From the IMG/VR virus record IMGVR_UViG_3300031519_004580, positions 1 to 62,218 of that record: DNA of 62,218 bases. The stretch is one strand, 5' to 3'. The translations under genes were made by a program, and so were the position numbers. The stretch comes from a virus. Lineage: Duplodnaviria; Caudoviricetes. Below, one piece after another: positions 46,533 to 56,062 of the stretch. Numbering within the stretch: position 1 is the first letter of the stretch; every line of letters begins with the position of its first letter. The notes beneath the pieces were generated by a model. The model made no database searches. It saw only the letters and a list, made by a program, of their open reading frames with translations, and had not been told where the DNA came from.

Positions 46533-47624
46533 ATGTCAGATTTATCAATGACACGTACTGTTAGCCCAAACAAGGCTAAAAAAAGCATTATTAGAGCATT
46601 TAAAAAGAAACGTCCAATCTTCCTTTGGGGACCTCCAGGAATTGGCAAGTCAGATATTATTGGTCAGATTACTAACAGTCTTTCCAAACCACATTTGATT
46701 GATATTCGACTATCACTTTGGGAACCTACAGATATTAAAGGTATTCCATACTTTGACAGCAACTCAGGTACAATGGTTTGGGCTCCTCCAGGAGAACTTC
46801 CAACACAAGAGTTTGCGGCACAATTCGATAACATCGTTTTGTTCTTAGACGAAATGAACTCGGCAGCGCCAGCAGTACAAGCGGCAGCATACCAGTTAAT
46901 TCTCAATCGCCGTGTTGGACAATACAAACTTCCAGATAACGTTCTTATTGTTGCGGCTGGTAATAGAGACGCTGACAAAGGTGTTACTTATAGAATGCCT
47001 GCTCCGTTAGCTAATCGTTTTGTTCATTTAGAACTAACAGTTGACTTTGATGATTGGTTTGCTTGGGCAGTAGCAAATGACATACACAGAGACGTTGTTG
47101 GTTATTTGACTTTTAGCAAAAAAGACTTGTATGACTTTGATCCAAAAAGCTCGTCACGTTCGTTTGCTACACCTCGATCCTGGTCATTTGTGTCCGAACT
47201 ATTAGAGGACGATGATGACGAGAGTACTACTACAGATTTAGTTAGTGGCGCAGTTGGCGAAGGCCTAGCTGTGAAATTTAGTGCTCACCGCAAAGTTGCG
47301 TCAAGCATGCCTAATCCAACAGATATTTTGGACGGTAAAGTAAAAGAGCTAAAGACTAAAGAAATCAGTGCCATGTATTCCTTAACAGTCTCGCTCTGTT
47401 ATGAGCTAAAAGAAGCGTCAGACAAAAATGATAAAAAGTTTGATGCTAAAGTAAATAACTTCCTTCGCTTTGCAATGGATAATTTTGATACTGAATTAGT
47501 TGTAATGGGTATTAAACTTGCTCTTACACAATACGGTTTACCAATTGATCCAGATGAAGTAGAATGTTTTGATGAATTTCATGAACGGTATGGAAGATAT
47601 ATTACTGCCGCACAAAAGGCTTAA
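46533..47624 (+). CDS. MoxR-like AAA+ ATPase
   Basis: WGPPGIGKS, LFLDEMN, AAGNR, LANRF, ATPRSW. Confidence 0.9.
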   Translation: MSDLSMTRTVSPNKAKKSIIRAFKKKRPIFLWGPPGIGKSDIIGQITNSLSKPHLIDIRLSLWEPTDIKGIPYFDSNSGTMVWAPPGELPTQEFAAQFDNIVLFLDEMNSAAPAVQAAAYQLILNRRVGQYKLPDNVLIVAAGNRDADKGVTYRMPAPLANRFVHLELTVDFDDWFAWAVANDIHRDVVGYLTFSKKDLYDFDPKSSSRSFATPRSWSFVSELLEDDDDESTTTDLVSGAVGEGLAVKFSAHRKVASSMPNPTDILDGKVKELKTKEISAMYSLTVSLCYELKEASDKNDKKFDAKVNNFLRFAMDNFDTELVVMGIKLALTQYGLPIDPDEVECFDEFHERYGRYITAAQKA

Positions 47625-47638
47625 CGGTGAAATGAGTT

Positions 47639-47667
47639 TGGGCGTTCTCAATAAAAACGTCCATTTT
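47639..47667 (+). terminator. Putative intrinsic terminator
   Basis: TGGGCGTT-loop-AACGTCCA stem (one G-U pair) followed by TTTT. Confidence 0.45.
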
Positions 47668-47670
47668 CTC

Positions 47671-47699
47671 TTGACAAAACTCGTAAATACGTGTATACT
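47671..47699 (+). promoter_or_regulatory. sigma70-type promoter
   Basis: TTGACA(47671-47676)-N17-TATACT(47694-47699). Confidence 0.8.
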
Positions 47700-47730
47700 G
47701 TAAGTATAAACAATAAAGGAATGGCATATT

Positions 47731-49026
47731 ATGAGTGTAGCAGGTAAGAAAAACTGGGAACCAAATCCAACTATTACGCCTAGCGAACTAGCTATAATGC
47801 GAACAGACGTTCTTGATCGTATTATTATTGCAAGAGTAGGCTTGTTATTACGACATCCATTTTTTGGTAATATGGCAACTCGATTACAAATTAAAAGTGC
47901 AGATGATTGGCTTCCTACTGCCGCTGTAGATGGTCGTAACCTTTATTTTAACACCCAATTCTTTAATGCAATGTCTAACAAAGAAATTGAATTTGTTATT
48001 GCACACGAAATTCTACACTGTGTATTTGATCACTTAGGACGTAGAGACGATCGAGATCCAACTATTTATAATATTGCCGCAGATTATATTGTCAATAATT
48101 TACTAGTACGTGATAGTATTGGCACAAAGCCTACATTTATTGATTGTTATCAAGATTTTAAATACGAAACTTGGTCTAGCGAAGCAGTGTACGATGATAT
48201 TTTTGAACAAGCTAAAAAGAACGGCGAAGAGTTTTTAAAACAACTTGGCGAAATGTTAGACGAACATATTGATTGGGAAGGTGACGGCAACGAAGGTCAA
48301 GGACAAAGTAATGGGTCTGCAGACAATAAAGAAAGTAAAAGTCAACCTGTTTATTCTAAAGAAGATTTAAAAAAGATCAAAGACGAAATTAAAGAAAATA
48401 TGATATCTGCGGCACAATCCGCTGGTGCTGGTAATACTCCTGGCGAAGTTCAACGTATGATTAAAGAACTTACAGAGCCTAAAATGAATTGGCGCGAACT
48501 ACTACGTCAACAGATTCAAAGCACTGTACGAAATGACTATACTTTTAGTCGTCCTAGTCGAAAAAGTCAAATGACTGGAGCTATTTTACCCGGAATGAAT
48601 TTTTCTGAAACTATTGATCTTGCTGTTGCTATAGACATGAGCGGATCAATTGGTGATGTGCAAGGCAGAGACTTCTTAAGTGAAGTTAAAGGTATTATGG
48701 AAGAGTACCAAGACTATAACATTAAGTTGTGGTGTTTTGATACAAAGGTATATAACGAACAAGACTTTGTTGGTGATGACGGGAATGACTTGTTAGACTA
48801 TCAAATTATGGGAGGCGGTGGCACCGACTTTGATTGTAATTGGGAATATATGAAAGAAACAGGACACGTTCCTAAAAAGTTTATTATGTTTACAGACGGA
48901 TACCCCTGGGGTAGCTGGGGTGATGAAAATTATTGTGATACAATATTTATTATTCATAGCAACCGTGATAAGAGCTTGCAATCACCGTTTGGGTTAACTG
49001 CACATTACGAGGAAGAAGCCGCTTGA
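47731..49026 (+). CDS. Metallopeptidase-like plus VWA domain protein (DUF2201-type MoxR partner)
   Basis: AHEILH (HExxH), NIAADY; MIDAS IDMSGS, GGGGTDF, FTDG. Confidence 0.88.
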   Translation: MSVAGKKNWEPNPTITPSELAIMRTDVLDRIIIARVGLLLRHPFFGNMATRLQIKSADDWLPTAAVDGRNLYFNTQFFNAMSNKEIEFVIAHEILHCVFDHLGRRDDRDPTIYNIAADYIVNNLLVRDSIGTKPTFIDCYQDFKYETWSSEAVYDDIFEQAKKNGEEFLKQLGEMLDEHIDWEGDGNEGQGQSNGSADNKESKSQPVYSKEDLKKIKDEIKENMISAAQSAGAGNTPGEVQRMIKELTEPKMNWRELLRQQIQSTVRNDYTFSRPSRKSQMTGAILPGMNFSETIDLAVAIDMSGSIGDVQGRDFLSEVKGIMEEYQDYNIKLWCFDTKVYNEQDFVGDDGNDLLDYQIMGGGGTDFDCNWEYMKETGHVPKKFIMFTDGYPWGSWGDENYCDTIFIIHSNRDKSLQSPFGLTAHYEEEAA

Positions 49027-49304
49027 AATTAAAAGAACCAAATGCATTAAATTTTTTTAAAATGAGGCAATTAGAAAGTATTCCTCCTCATTTTGAATTT
49101 ATATCTATTCCATTAACCTATAATTTACAAACTAGTATTGAAAAATGGATACATATTAATTTAAAAGGAAGATACTATGTTGGAAAAACTATAGACGTAG
49201 AATCTTATACTAATACAATACAATCTGTAATAAAGATTGGATTTGAAGATGGCAAAGAAATGAGTTATTTCACTTTGGCATGTCCACATCTAAAATATAA
49301 GTAA
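49023..49304 (+). CDS. Hypothetical protein
   Basis: 93-aa coupled ORF. Confidence 0.6.
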   Translation: MKLKEPNALNFFKMRQLESIPPHFEFISIPLTYNLQTSIEKWIHINLKGRYYVGKTIDVESYTNTIQSVIKIGFEDGKEMSYFTLACPHLKYK

Positions 49305-49327
49305 ATAATACTGAAGGAGAAAAACTT

Positions 49328-49594
49328 ATGAGCGAAGACGCAAATATAAACGAACTAGGAGATATTTCAATGGCACCAACAGAAACAGGTGATGTTGCCG
49401 CACCAACAACTGCAGCAGATAATTCTTTAGAATTAACAGTAAACGACCTACAATTGTTACGTCAGGTTATTGATATTGCTACATCAAGAGGTGCATTTAA
49501 AGCAAACGAAATGGTAACTGTAGGTACAGTTTTTAATAAGTTAGAAACATTTTTAAATGCTATTGCACAACAGCAAAAGCAAGGAGGAGAATAA
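49328..49594 (+). CDS. Phage hypothetical protein
   Basis: LTVNDL...IDIATSRGAFKANEM..VG; AAGGAG RBS. Confidence 0.7.
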   Translation: MSEDANINELGDISMAPTETGDVAAPTTAADNSLELTVNDLQLLRQVIDIATSRGAFKANEMVTVGTVFNKLETFLNAIAQQQKQGGE

Positions 49595-49595
49595 A

Positions 49596-50210
49596 ATGCC
49601 GTTTAAACACGTAGGAAGAATTTCAAAAAGTAAATCAAAGGTTGTTGTAGCATATAGAACTATCCCCGGAGACTCAAGTTCTGCTGTTATAGTTAACACT
49701 AATTCTCTTAATGCAGACGAGCACGATACACTTATGCGAGTTGTAGAATCTGAGGCTGGCCAAAGTGCAAATGAGTTTGCAGAAATTATGGCAAGGTCAA
49801 GTCTGCCAGACGGTAGAAATATGCTACAGGCATTCCATACCACTGGTAAGATGATGAAAGTTGCAGTTGACGAAGTTGAAATGCAGCCTGATCATAAAAC
49901 AGTATTACCACTAAGTGAGCTTAATAATTTAATTGCACAACAAAGAGGTGTAACGATTGACGAATTAGCTATTGCTCCAAATGATGTTCCAAAAGGAGCA
50001 AAAGCAACACCAGTAGCATCAATGGAAACTGCTGATATAGCAACTCCTGCAGCTAATGCATCTGAAGTATTGTCAGATACTGACTTGGCTGCACAATTTC
50101 GTAGTCAAGCTGATTCGTTGTATAAAGAAGCTAAATCATTAAGAGCACAAGCTGAAGAATTAGTGCCAACTGTTAAAAAATCTAAAGCAACTACAAGTGC
50201 CAAAGGATAA
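49596..50210 (+). CDS. Hypothetical protein
   Basis: GGAGG RBS; MPFKHVGR... Confidence 0.7.
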   Translation: MPFKHVGRISKSKSKVVVAYRTIPGDSSSAVIVNTNSLNADEHDTLMRVVESEAGQSANEFAEIMARSSLPDGRNMLQAFHTTGKMMKVAVDEVEMQPDHKTVLPLSELNNLIAQQRGVTIDELAIAPNDVPKGAKATPVASMETADIATPAANASEVLSDTDLAAQFRSQADSLYKEAKSLRAQAEELVPTVKKSKATTSAKG

Positions 50211-50517
50211 AACCAAACTTCCGAAGCATGTTATAGACCTCTGGCCCGATATATTTAAAGATATTGATCTTAAAGTTGTGCCGTTAGAATATTTGCATTC
50301 TATTAGAGTTGTATTTAACGATGGCAAAATTTGGGATATTGATATCCAAAATTCAAAAGGTGAAGATGGTAAAGAAATAAATGTACAAGAAGAGCTTGAA
50401 GGTTTATTTGCTGAGTATGAACAAGAAATTTCAAATGTTGACTTTAGGTTAGATACCGAACGAGTAAAATCTGACATTAAAAAGAGGACTGCTCTTTTTA
50501 TGAAAAAAAGAAGATAA
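50197..50517 (+). CDS. Hypothetical protein
   Basis: WPDIF...VPLEYL. Confidence 0.65.
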   Translation: MPKDKTKLPKHVIDLWPDIFKDIDLKVVPLEYLHSIRVVFNDGKIWDIDIQNSKGEDGKEINVQEELEGLFAEYEQEISNVDFRLDTERVKSDIKKRTALFMKKRR

Positions 50518-50519
50518 GC

Positions 50520-51641
50520 ATGAAGGCTTTTGTTATAATACATGATGCCCCATCTGACTCATGGTTTTACCAAGTAGCAACAAATTATACAAAGTTAAAT
50601 TTTGACTACTGTATGGCAGATCGATTTAATGAAAATTCTGAATGGAAATTCTTTGAATCAAATACTCCTATACAAGAATGTTTAGAAGGTTTTGAATTTA
50701 CTATTGTAGTTAAAGCTGGTACTATTTTTCCTTATTCGTTTTATCAAAGAAAACTTGAACCAAGGTTAGGTAAACATAAAATTACTAACATAGGACCTGT
50801 TAAAGTTTATCATTCATCTAATACATTACCCAACGAAGGACAGCTTAAAGTATCTTATCATTTTCCTTATATAGATGCAACAGACGAAAACACATTTGCT
50901 CATACACACGATCGGGCAATAGATATATTACTAAAAAATTCTAATCTAGCGTATATTGTACATAACGAGATACCTAAACCTATATACAAACTTAATAAAC
51001 CTATTAATTGGGCAATGACTGTAAGTTCTGGTTTTTATATTAACTTCCTATTATCAGATGCAGGGTTTGATCATAACACTATTGTAAATCACGTAGACAT
51101 TAGTAAAAGCAGTTTAGCAGTAAGAAAGTATACTATTGAAAACTGGAACGGCATTGATTATTTACATTGGATAGATCATTTATATGAAAAATTTCCGTTA
51201 TTAGATATTTTTAATAACGGTCAATTTAAACGTGGTCATTTACCAACACACACTGTACTAGATCATATGTGGGAAAAATGGACACAATCAGAATGGATTG
51301 TGCATTGGCAAGAATATCAAAAATGTCAACATAGTTATCATGTTTGTAATTTTGGAGACATTGATAGTTTTAAACGTATTTTAAGTGAACAAAAAAGATA
51401 TGACTCTAGTGTATTTTGGTACAACGGTGCGTTAAAAAGAATGCCTGCAAATATAAATAAAACTAGTAAACAAAGTCATAAACATGCACAATCATTTATA
51501 CAATTGCTAGTTGACTACGATCCTAATATGCTAGTTTATGGATCAGATCATTGTTGTGCAAAATTTAACGGTATTACTTCTATAGATGCGTTAAACAATA
51601 TGTCTATAGACTCAAGAGAAGAATTATGGAAAGTAATATAA
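50520..51641 (+). CDS. Hypothetical protein (accessory island)
   Basis: 373-aa AT-rich ORF; weak Rossmann-like segment VNHVDISKSSL. Confidence 0.6.
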   Translation: MKAFVIIHDAPSDSWFYQVATNYTKLNFDYCMADRFNENSEWKFFESNTPIQECLEGFEFTIVVKAGTIFPYSFYQRKLEPRLGKHKITNIGPVKVYHSSNTLPNEGQLKVSYHFPYIDATDENTFAHTHDRAIDILLKNSNLAYIVHNEIPKPIYKLNKPINWAMTVSSGFYINFLLSDAGFDHNTIVNHVDISKSSLAVRKYTIENWNGIDYLHWIDHLYEKFPLLDIFNNGQFKRGHLPTHTVLDHMWEKWTQSEWIVHWQEYQKCQHSYHVCNFGDIDSFKRILSEQKRYDSSVFWYNGALKRMPANINKTSKQSHKHAQSFIQLLVDYDPNMLVYGSDHCCAKFNGITSIDALNNMSIDSREELWKVI

Positions 51642-51645
51642 TAGC

Positions 51646-52440
51646 ATGAATTTTTATGATATAGAATTTAGTAGAAACCCATTAAACATGTGGAATAAAT
51701 TAAAAACTAAGTCACCGGTTAAAAAAGAAGGTTATAATAGTCTATATGATTTCTGTAAGGCAACTAGTAGATATCATTTTGATGAAACAGTAGATGATAT
51801 TGCACAATTAGATACAGACTGTCCTCCAATTATACCAATCGGAAATATTGCCGGAGATTGGGATCAAGAAGTAAAAAAATTAAGCAAAGAAACTACTCCT
51901 GCAACATTTGGATTCAGGACTACAACTCGTGCAGATATAACAAATGCATGGGAAGAAAACGATTTTAAAAAATGGGGATACAATATCGACGGAGGCTATA
52001 CAATAGCTAACAGAACAATACGCCCAGAACTAGAAGAAAGTTTACAATTTATTGTAGATTCTTTTGGTTTTGAAAAACCTGGTGTTGTAAAATTTGATGT
52101 GCAAATGCCTGGGCAATGTTTTTACTGGCACTTAGATAACTTTGGCGGTGTTCTTAAACGCCGAAGAAAAGAATATAATAAGTCCGACGAGGGCGACTTA
52201 GACCAACGTAAGGTTATGCGAACTGTGATATTTTTAGATGATCAACAGCAAGGTCAAGTTTGGCAGCAAGGTAATTTATTATTAGGATGGAAACGAGGAG
52301 ATATAATTACTTGGCCATGGCGAGATATTCCACACGGTACATGTAATTATGGACATAAACCTAGACCAGTATTAAATATTACCGGCATATTAACTGATAA
52401 AACTAGAGAATTCTTAACCAGTATTAAGAGAGTTTTATAA
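51646..52440 (+). CDS. Fe(II)/2OG oxygenase-like protein
   Basis: QMPGQCFYWHLD, W.RGD...W.WRDIPHGTCNYG..PR; paralog of 57585..58553. Confidence 0.65.
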   Translation: MNFYDIEFSRNPLNMWNKLKTKSPVKKEGYNSLYDFCKATSRYHFDETVDDIAQLDTDCPPIIPIGNIAGDWDQEVKKLSKETTPATFGFRTTTRADITNAWEENDFKKWGYNIDGGYTIANRTIRPELEESLQFIVDSFGFEKPGVVKFDVQMPGQCFYWHLDNFGGVLKRRRKEYNKSDEGDLDQRKVMRTVIFLDDQQQGQVWQQGNLLLGWKRGDIITWPWRDIPHGTCNYGHKPRPVLNITGILTDKTREFLTSIKRVL

Positions 52441-52469
52441 AAACAAAGATAAAGTATTATTGTTATTGG

Positions 52470-52487
52470 CATAAATACATGTAAGAA
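52470..52487 (+). promoter_or_regulatory. T4-late-like promoter
   Basis: CATAAATACATGTAAGAA, identical to 24681-24698. Confidence 0.7.
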
Positions 52488-52510
52488 ACTATATTTCAGG
52501 AGTTCTATAA

Positions 52511-53929
52511 ATGGCTTTAAGACTTAGACGTGGTACCGATGCAGAAAGACTGCTTGTAACCCCTGTAGAGGGTGAATTAGTATACACCACAGATACAAAA
52601 CTAATATTCGCAGGCGATGGTTCAACAATCGGCGGCACACTAATTGCTGGATTAAACAGCATGGCAGCAGATACAACACCACAGCTAGGTGGAAACCTAG
52701 ACTTAAACAGTAAAAATATTACAGGTATTGGTAATATTAATATTGACGGGACTATTACTGCACCGCAATTTGAAGGTAACTTACATGCCGATGATAGTAC
52801 AGTAGCATTTAATAGTGCCACAAACAGTTTAACAATTAACGGTTTAAATATATACGGCGATATAGATTTAACAGAATCAACTAATACACTTGATGTATTT
52901 TCTAATCATGCTAGTACTGTTAGTTCGTTAATTTTAAATAGATCAAAAGGCACAAAGGCAGCACCAACTGCATTAATTGACAACGATAATATTTTTAGTA
53001 TTAAATTTAAAGGACACACTGGATCAAACTATCTAGGCGGTTCAGAAATTACTTCCGATGTCGATGGTACTGTAACATCAACTATTTTACCAAGTGACTT
53101 ATCATTTAAAGTAACAAATGTTAGTGGGTCAACTCTTACACCTTTAAAAATATTAGCAAACGGAAATATATTAATTGATGCTGGTGCTGACGAAACCACT
53201 TTACATAATTCTAATCTTGGAATATACGGCGGTGGTAACACTCGAACTGGTATTAGAAATGTCAGTATGAATAGGTCACGAGGAACTATATTAGCTCCAA
53301 CAACTGTACTTGCTCGAGATAATGTTTTTCAACAAAACTTTAATGCATATGACGGATATAGTTATATTCGAATAGGAAATATAAGAGCAGAAGTTGGTGA
53401 CACACCTGTTTCTCAAGGTGTAGCGAGTGGTAGACTACGTTTTAGACTTCCTCTTGCTGACGGAGTTGAATCAACATTTTTAGACTTACGCGGAGATAAA
53501 GGTTCTGTTCCTTATATTCGAGTATACGGAACTTTTGAAAATCCCAATCATCAATCAGTACTTGGCGATGTTAACATATTCCAAAACAGAATCTGGACAG
53601 AAACATCAAACTCTGATTTAGAAATACAAGCTGCTGGATCAGGCGATGTTGTAGTATCTAACGGTTTCCGATCAGACGGCGTTAAAATTGAAGGCAACAC
53701 TATTAAAACTGTTGATTCAAATGCAGCGTTAGAGTTATCAGCTTCTGGAACAGGTATTGTATCGGCAACAAATTTAATTGCTGTTAATTATATGCAGTTA
53801 CCTGTTTATGCAAATGATGCCGCTAGAGGATCAGCTATTGCTTCACCAAACGCAGGTATGATAGTATTCAATACAACAGGAACTAAGTTCCAAGGATATA
53901 CCGGCTCAACTTGGGTAGATCTTAACTAA
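52511..53929 (+). CDS. Tail fibre-like structural protein
   Basis: Mtd-N-like MALRLRRGT...EGELVYTTDTK..FAGDG; DTTPQLGGNLDLN; C-terminal GMIVFNTT..KFQGY.G..W. Confidence 0.75.
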   Translation: MALRLRRGTDAERLLVTPVEGELVYTTDTKLIFAGDGSTIGGTLIAGLNSMAADTTPQLGGNLDLNSKNITGIGNINIDGTITAPQFEGNLHADDSTVAFNSATNSLTINGLNIYGDIDLTESTNTLDVFSNHASTVSSLILNRSKGTKAAPTALIDNDNIFSIKFKGHTGSNYLGGSEITSDVDGTVTSTILPSDLSFKVTNVSGSTLTPLKILANGNILIDAGADETTLHNSNLGIYGGGNTRTGIRNVSMNRSRGTILAPTTVLARDNVFQQNFNAYDGYSYIRIGNIRAEVGDTPVSQGVASGRLRFRLPLADGVESTFLDLRGDKGSVPYIRVYGTFENPNHQSVLGDVNIFQNRIWTETSNSDLEIQAAGSGDVVVSNGFRSDGVKIEGNTIKTVDSNAALELSASGTGIVSATNLIAVNYMQLPVYANDAARGSAIASPNAGMIVFNTTGTKFQGYTGSTWVDLN

Positions 53930-53936
53930 TTAGTTG

Positions 53937-53965
53937 TTGACTTTTAATTGTTTTCATAGTATAAT
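53937..53965 (+). promoter_or_regulatory. sigma70-type promoter (leaderless)
   Basis: TTGACT(53937-53942)-N17-TATAAT(53960-53965); ATG at 53971. Confidence 0.8.
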
Positions 53966-53970
53966 AAACT

Positions 53971-54612
53971 ATGAAACAATCTAATCCTATAATTGTGATC
54001 AACGCTAACATGGGTTCGAAAGGACACCAACTTGGTAGACTTATTGCGAGTTGTACTAATGTACTATGGTACGATGACTCAAGCAATGGTAGTAATCCTT
54101 GGGAACCTTGCAACGGAATATTAAATTATCAACTAAGTAAATTTCATTTTGATAGAAGATTTAGCGATAATTCTACAATACCGCCTGTATTAGATTTTGC
54201 AAAAAGAAGCGGACTAGTAGAACGTCCTAATATTCCATATAATCTTTGTACTAAAAACAATTATCTTATCTATGTTACACACAGTAATTTAAAAGAATCC
54301 CGTGAATATTTTAACGGGAAACATGTAGTTGTATTAAATGCAGATATAAAAAGATTTTTTGCTACTAGCTGGAACTTTAGAGTAGGTAAAACAAAAGAGC
54401 TTATTAGTGACTTATATACAATAAAAGATGTACATACTATGCTAGAAGGTACTTTAGACAGCTATAAAGCTCATCTAAGCAACGAAGACTTTGTTATTAG
54501 CAGTGTAGACGACTTATTAGACGTACAAGCGTTTAAGGAGCTTTGTAGCAAGTTTAATTTACAATTTAACAAGGAAGCATATAATAAAGTGTGTAAATTT
54601 ATAAAACAATGA
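53971..54612 (+). CDS. Hypothetical protein, sulfotransferase-like P-loop
   Basis: INANMGSKGHQLGRLI; paralog of 716..1435. Confidence 0.45.
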   Translation: MKQSNPIIVINANMGSKGHQLGRLIASCTNVLWYDDSSNGSNPWEPCNGILNYQLSKFHFDRRFSDNSTIPPVLDFAKRSGLVERPNIPYNLCTKNNYLIYVTHSNLKESREYFNGKHVVVLNADIKRFFATSWNFRVGKTKELISDLYTIKDVHTMLEGTLDSYKAHLSNEDFVISSVDDLLDVQAFKELCSKFNLQFNKEAYNKVCKFIKQ

Positions 54613-55163
54613 AGATAGTACCTATTACTAATAACTTAATACCTGCATTAGAAATATTTTGCCAACAAGCAAAAGATATTGGATATGAAAATAATACTAG
54701 TTTAGAAGCAATGAAATTTAATTGGTGTAACGATTGGGGTAAATGGTTTTGTGCAATTAAAAATAATAAAATAATTGCGGTGGGAGGATGCCATCCGTTG
54801 CCAGAAGTTTCTCCAGATGCGTGGCGTATACTATTTAGAGGATGTGAACTTCCTAATAAAGATACACATAAAGGGTTAAGTAGATATAATTGGTATAGTA
54901 TAACTTGGAGAGAATTTATTCCACAATTTATTAAGTGGTGTCCTAGTAAAGAGCTATATATTACTACTAACATTGATAACGAACATTCGAATGGTAAGGC
55001 AACTCGTAATCATAAACTAATGGGATTACTTGCAAAGCAAAATATTTTAGATAAGCATAACGACATGGTGTTATATTATACTGAGCAAACTGTATGGAAA
55101 TTAAATATCAGTGAATATACTCGCCGAAGGAAGGAACTAGATGAAGTGGGACATAGACTTTAA
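54609..55163 (+). CDS. GNAT-like protein
   Basis: WFCAIKNNKIIAVGGC, WRILFRG, LYITTN. Confidence 0.45.
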   Translation: MKIVPITNNLIPALEIFCQQAKDIGYENNTSLEAMKFNWCNDWGKWFCAIKNNKIIAVGGCHPLPEVSPDAWRILFRGCELPNKDTHKGLSRYNWYSITWREFIPQFIKWCPSKELYITTNIDNEHSNGKATRNHKLMGLLAKQNILDKHNDMVLYYTEQTVWKLNISEYTRRRKELDEVGHRL

Positions 55164-55368
55164 ACATTTAACTAAAGTTAAATCAAACTATTTTAAACAT
55201 TTATATTACGCAACAAAATTTAACTTTGTTAGTTTATTAATTTTTATAACAGGAACAATACACAGTATATTTCCTTTTATATTTGCTTATACCCCATATA
55301 AACTTGCAAAATATATAGTTGACGAAACGGAAAAACATCTTGGAAAGCCTGAAAAAACATCTAAGTAA
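55141..55368 (+). CDS. Small membrane protein (DUF6356-like)
   Basis: HL.....YFKHL..A...GTIHSIFPF. Confidence 0.6.
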   Translation: MKWDIDFKHLTKVKSNYFKHLYYATKFNFVSLLIFITGTIHSIFPFIFAYTPYKLAKYIVDETEKHLGKPEKTSK

Positions 55369-56062
55369 TGGAGTTTCTATTAAGTCTAGCGGAACAACTG
55401 GACCTCCTAAAGATATATTTAGAACACCTCAAAATTTAAAACAATGTAATCGTGTAGCAGTAGACTCACAAAAAATTACAAAAAATTCACGTATCTATAC
55501 AGTATGTAAAATGGATCATGCTGGAGGAATGTTAGCACAGACGTTACCTGCAATTAGTGTAGGGGCCGAAGTTGTTATTGACGATTTCAATGCAAAAAGA
55601 TTTATTAAAGAAATACACAAGTATACGCATACTCATCTAACTCCAAGACAAGCAAAAATCATTATGAATACAAAACATTTTACAAAAATGAATTTGTCAA
55701 ATATTTGGGTTACTTGCGGAAGTGACGATGTACCTTGGAAAACTATATCAGCGTTTGTAAAACAAGGGGCAACATTTATGGCAAATTGGGGTATGAGTGA
55801 AATTGGGCCGTGTGCAATTAACGCTGTATTTTCAAATTTAGAATACGTTGAAGCACATCAAAAATGGTCGCCTGATAACTTGCCTATACTAGGCGAAGAT
55901 ATGTATTGTTTGTACAAAATAGAAGATGGGCAATTATATGTTAAAGGTGATATTTGTATACATGATGGTTGGTTTGCTACTGGTGATTTAGTTGAAGAAA
56001 AACATAAAATTCCACCTCACAGATATTTTCCAATACTCTATTATGCAGGTAGACTGTCTTAA
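55319..56062 (+). CDS. Minimal AMP-binding (ANL adenylation) enzyme
   Basis: SSGTTGPPK (A3), WGMSE (A5), WFATGDL (A7), GR hinge at the C-terminus. Confidence 0.75.
   Translation: MTKRKNILESLKKHLSNGVSIKSSGTTGPPKDIFRTPQNLKQCNRVAVDSQKITKNSRIYTVCKMDHAGGMLAQTLPAISVGAEVVIDDFNAKRFIKEIHKYTHTHLTPRQAKIIMNTKHFTKMNLSNIWVTCGSDDVPWKTISAFVKQGATFMANWGMSEIGPCAINAVFSNLEYVEAHQKWSPDNLPILGEDMYCLYKIEDGQLYVKGDICIHDGWFATGDLVEEKHKIPPHRYFPILYYAGRLS

Noticed and set aside
52511-53929. Diversity-generating retroelement target (Mtd-like N-terminus)
   Set aside because: No reverse transcriptase or template/variable repeat pair is visible; this N-terminal motif is common in fibre proteins
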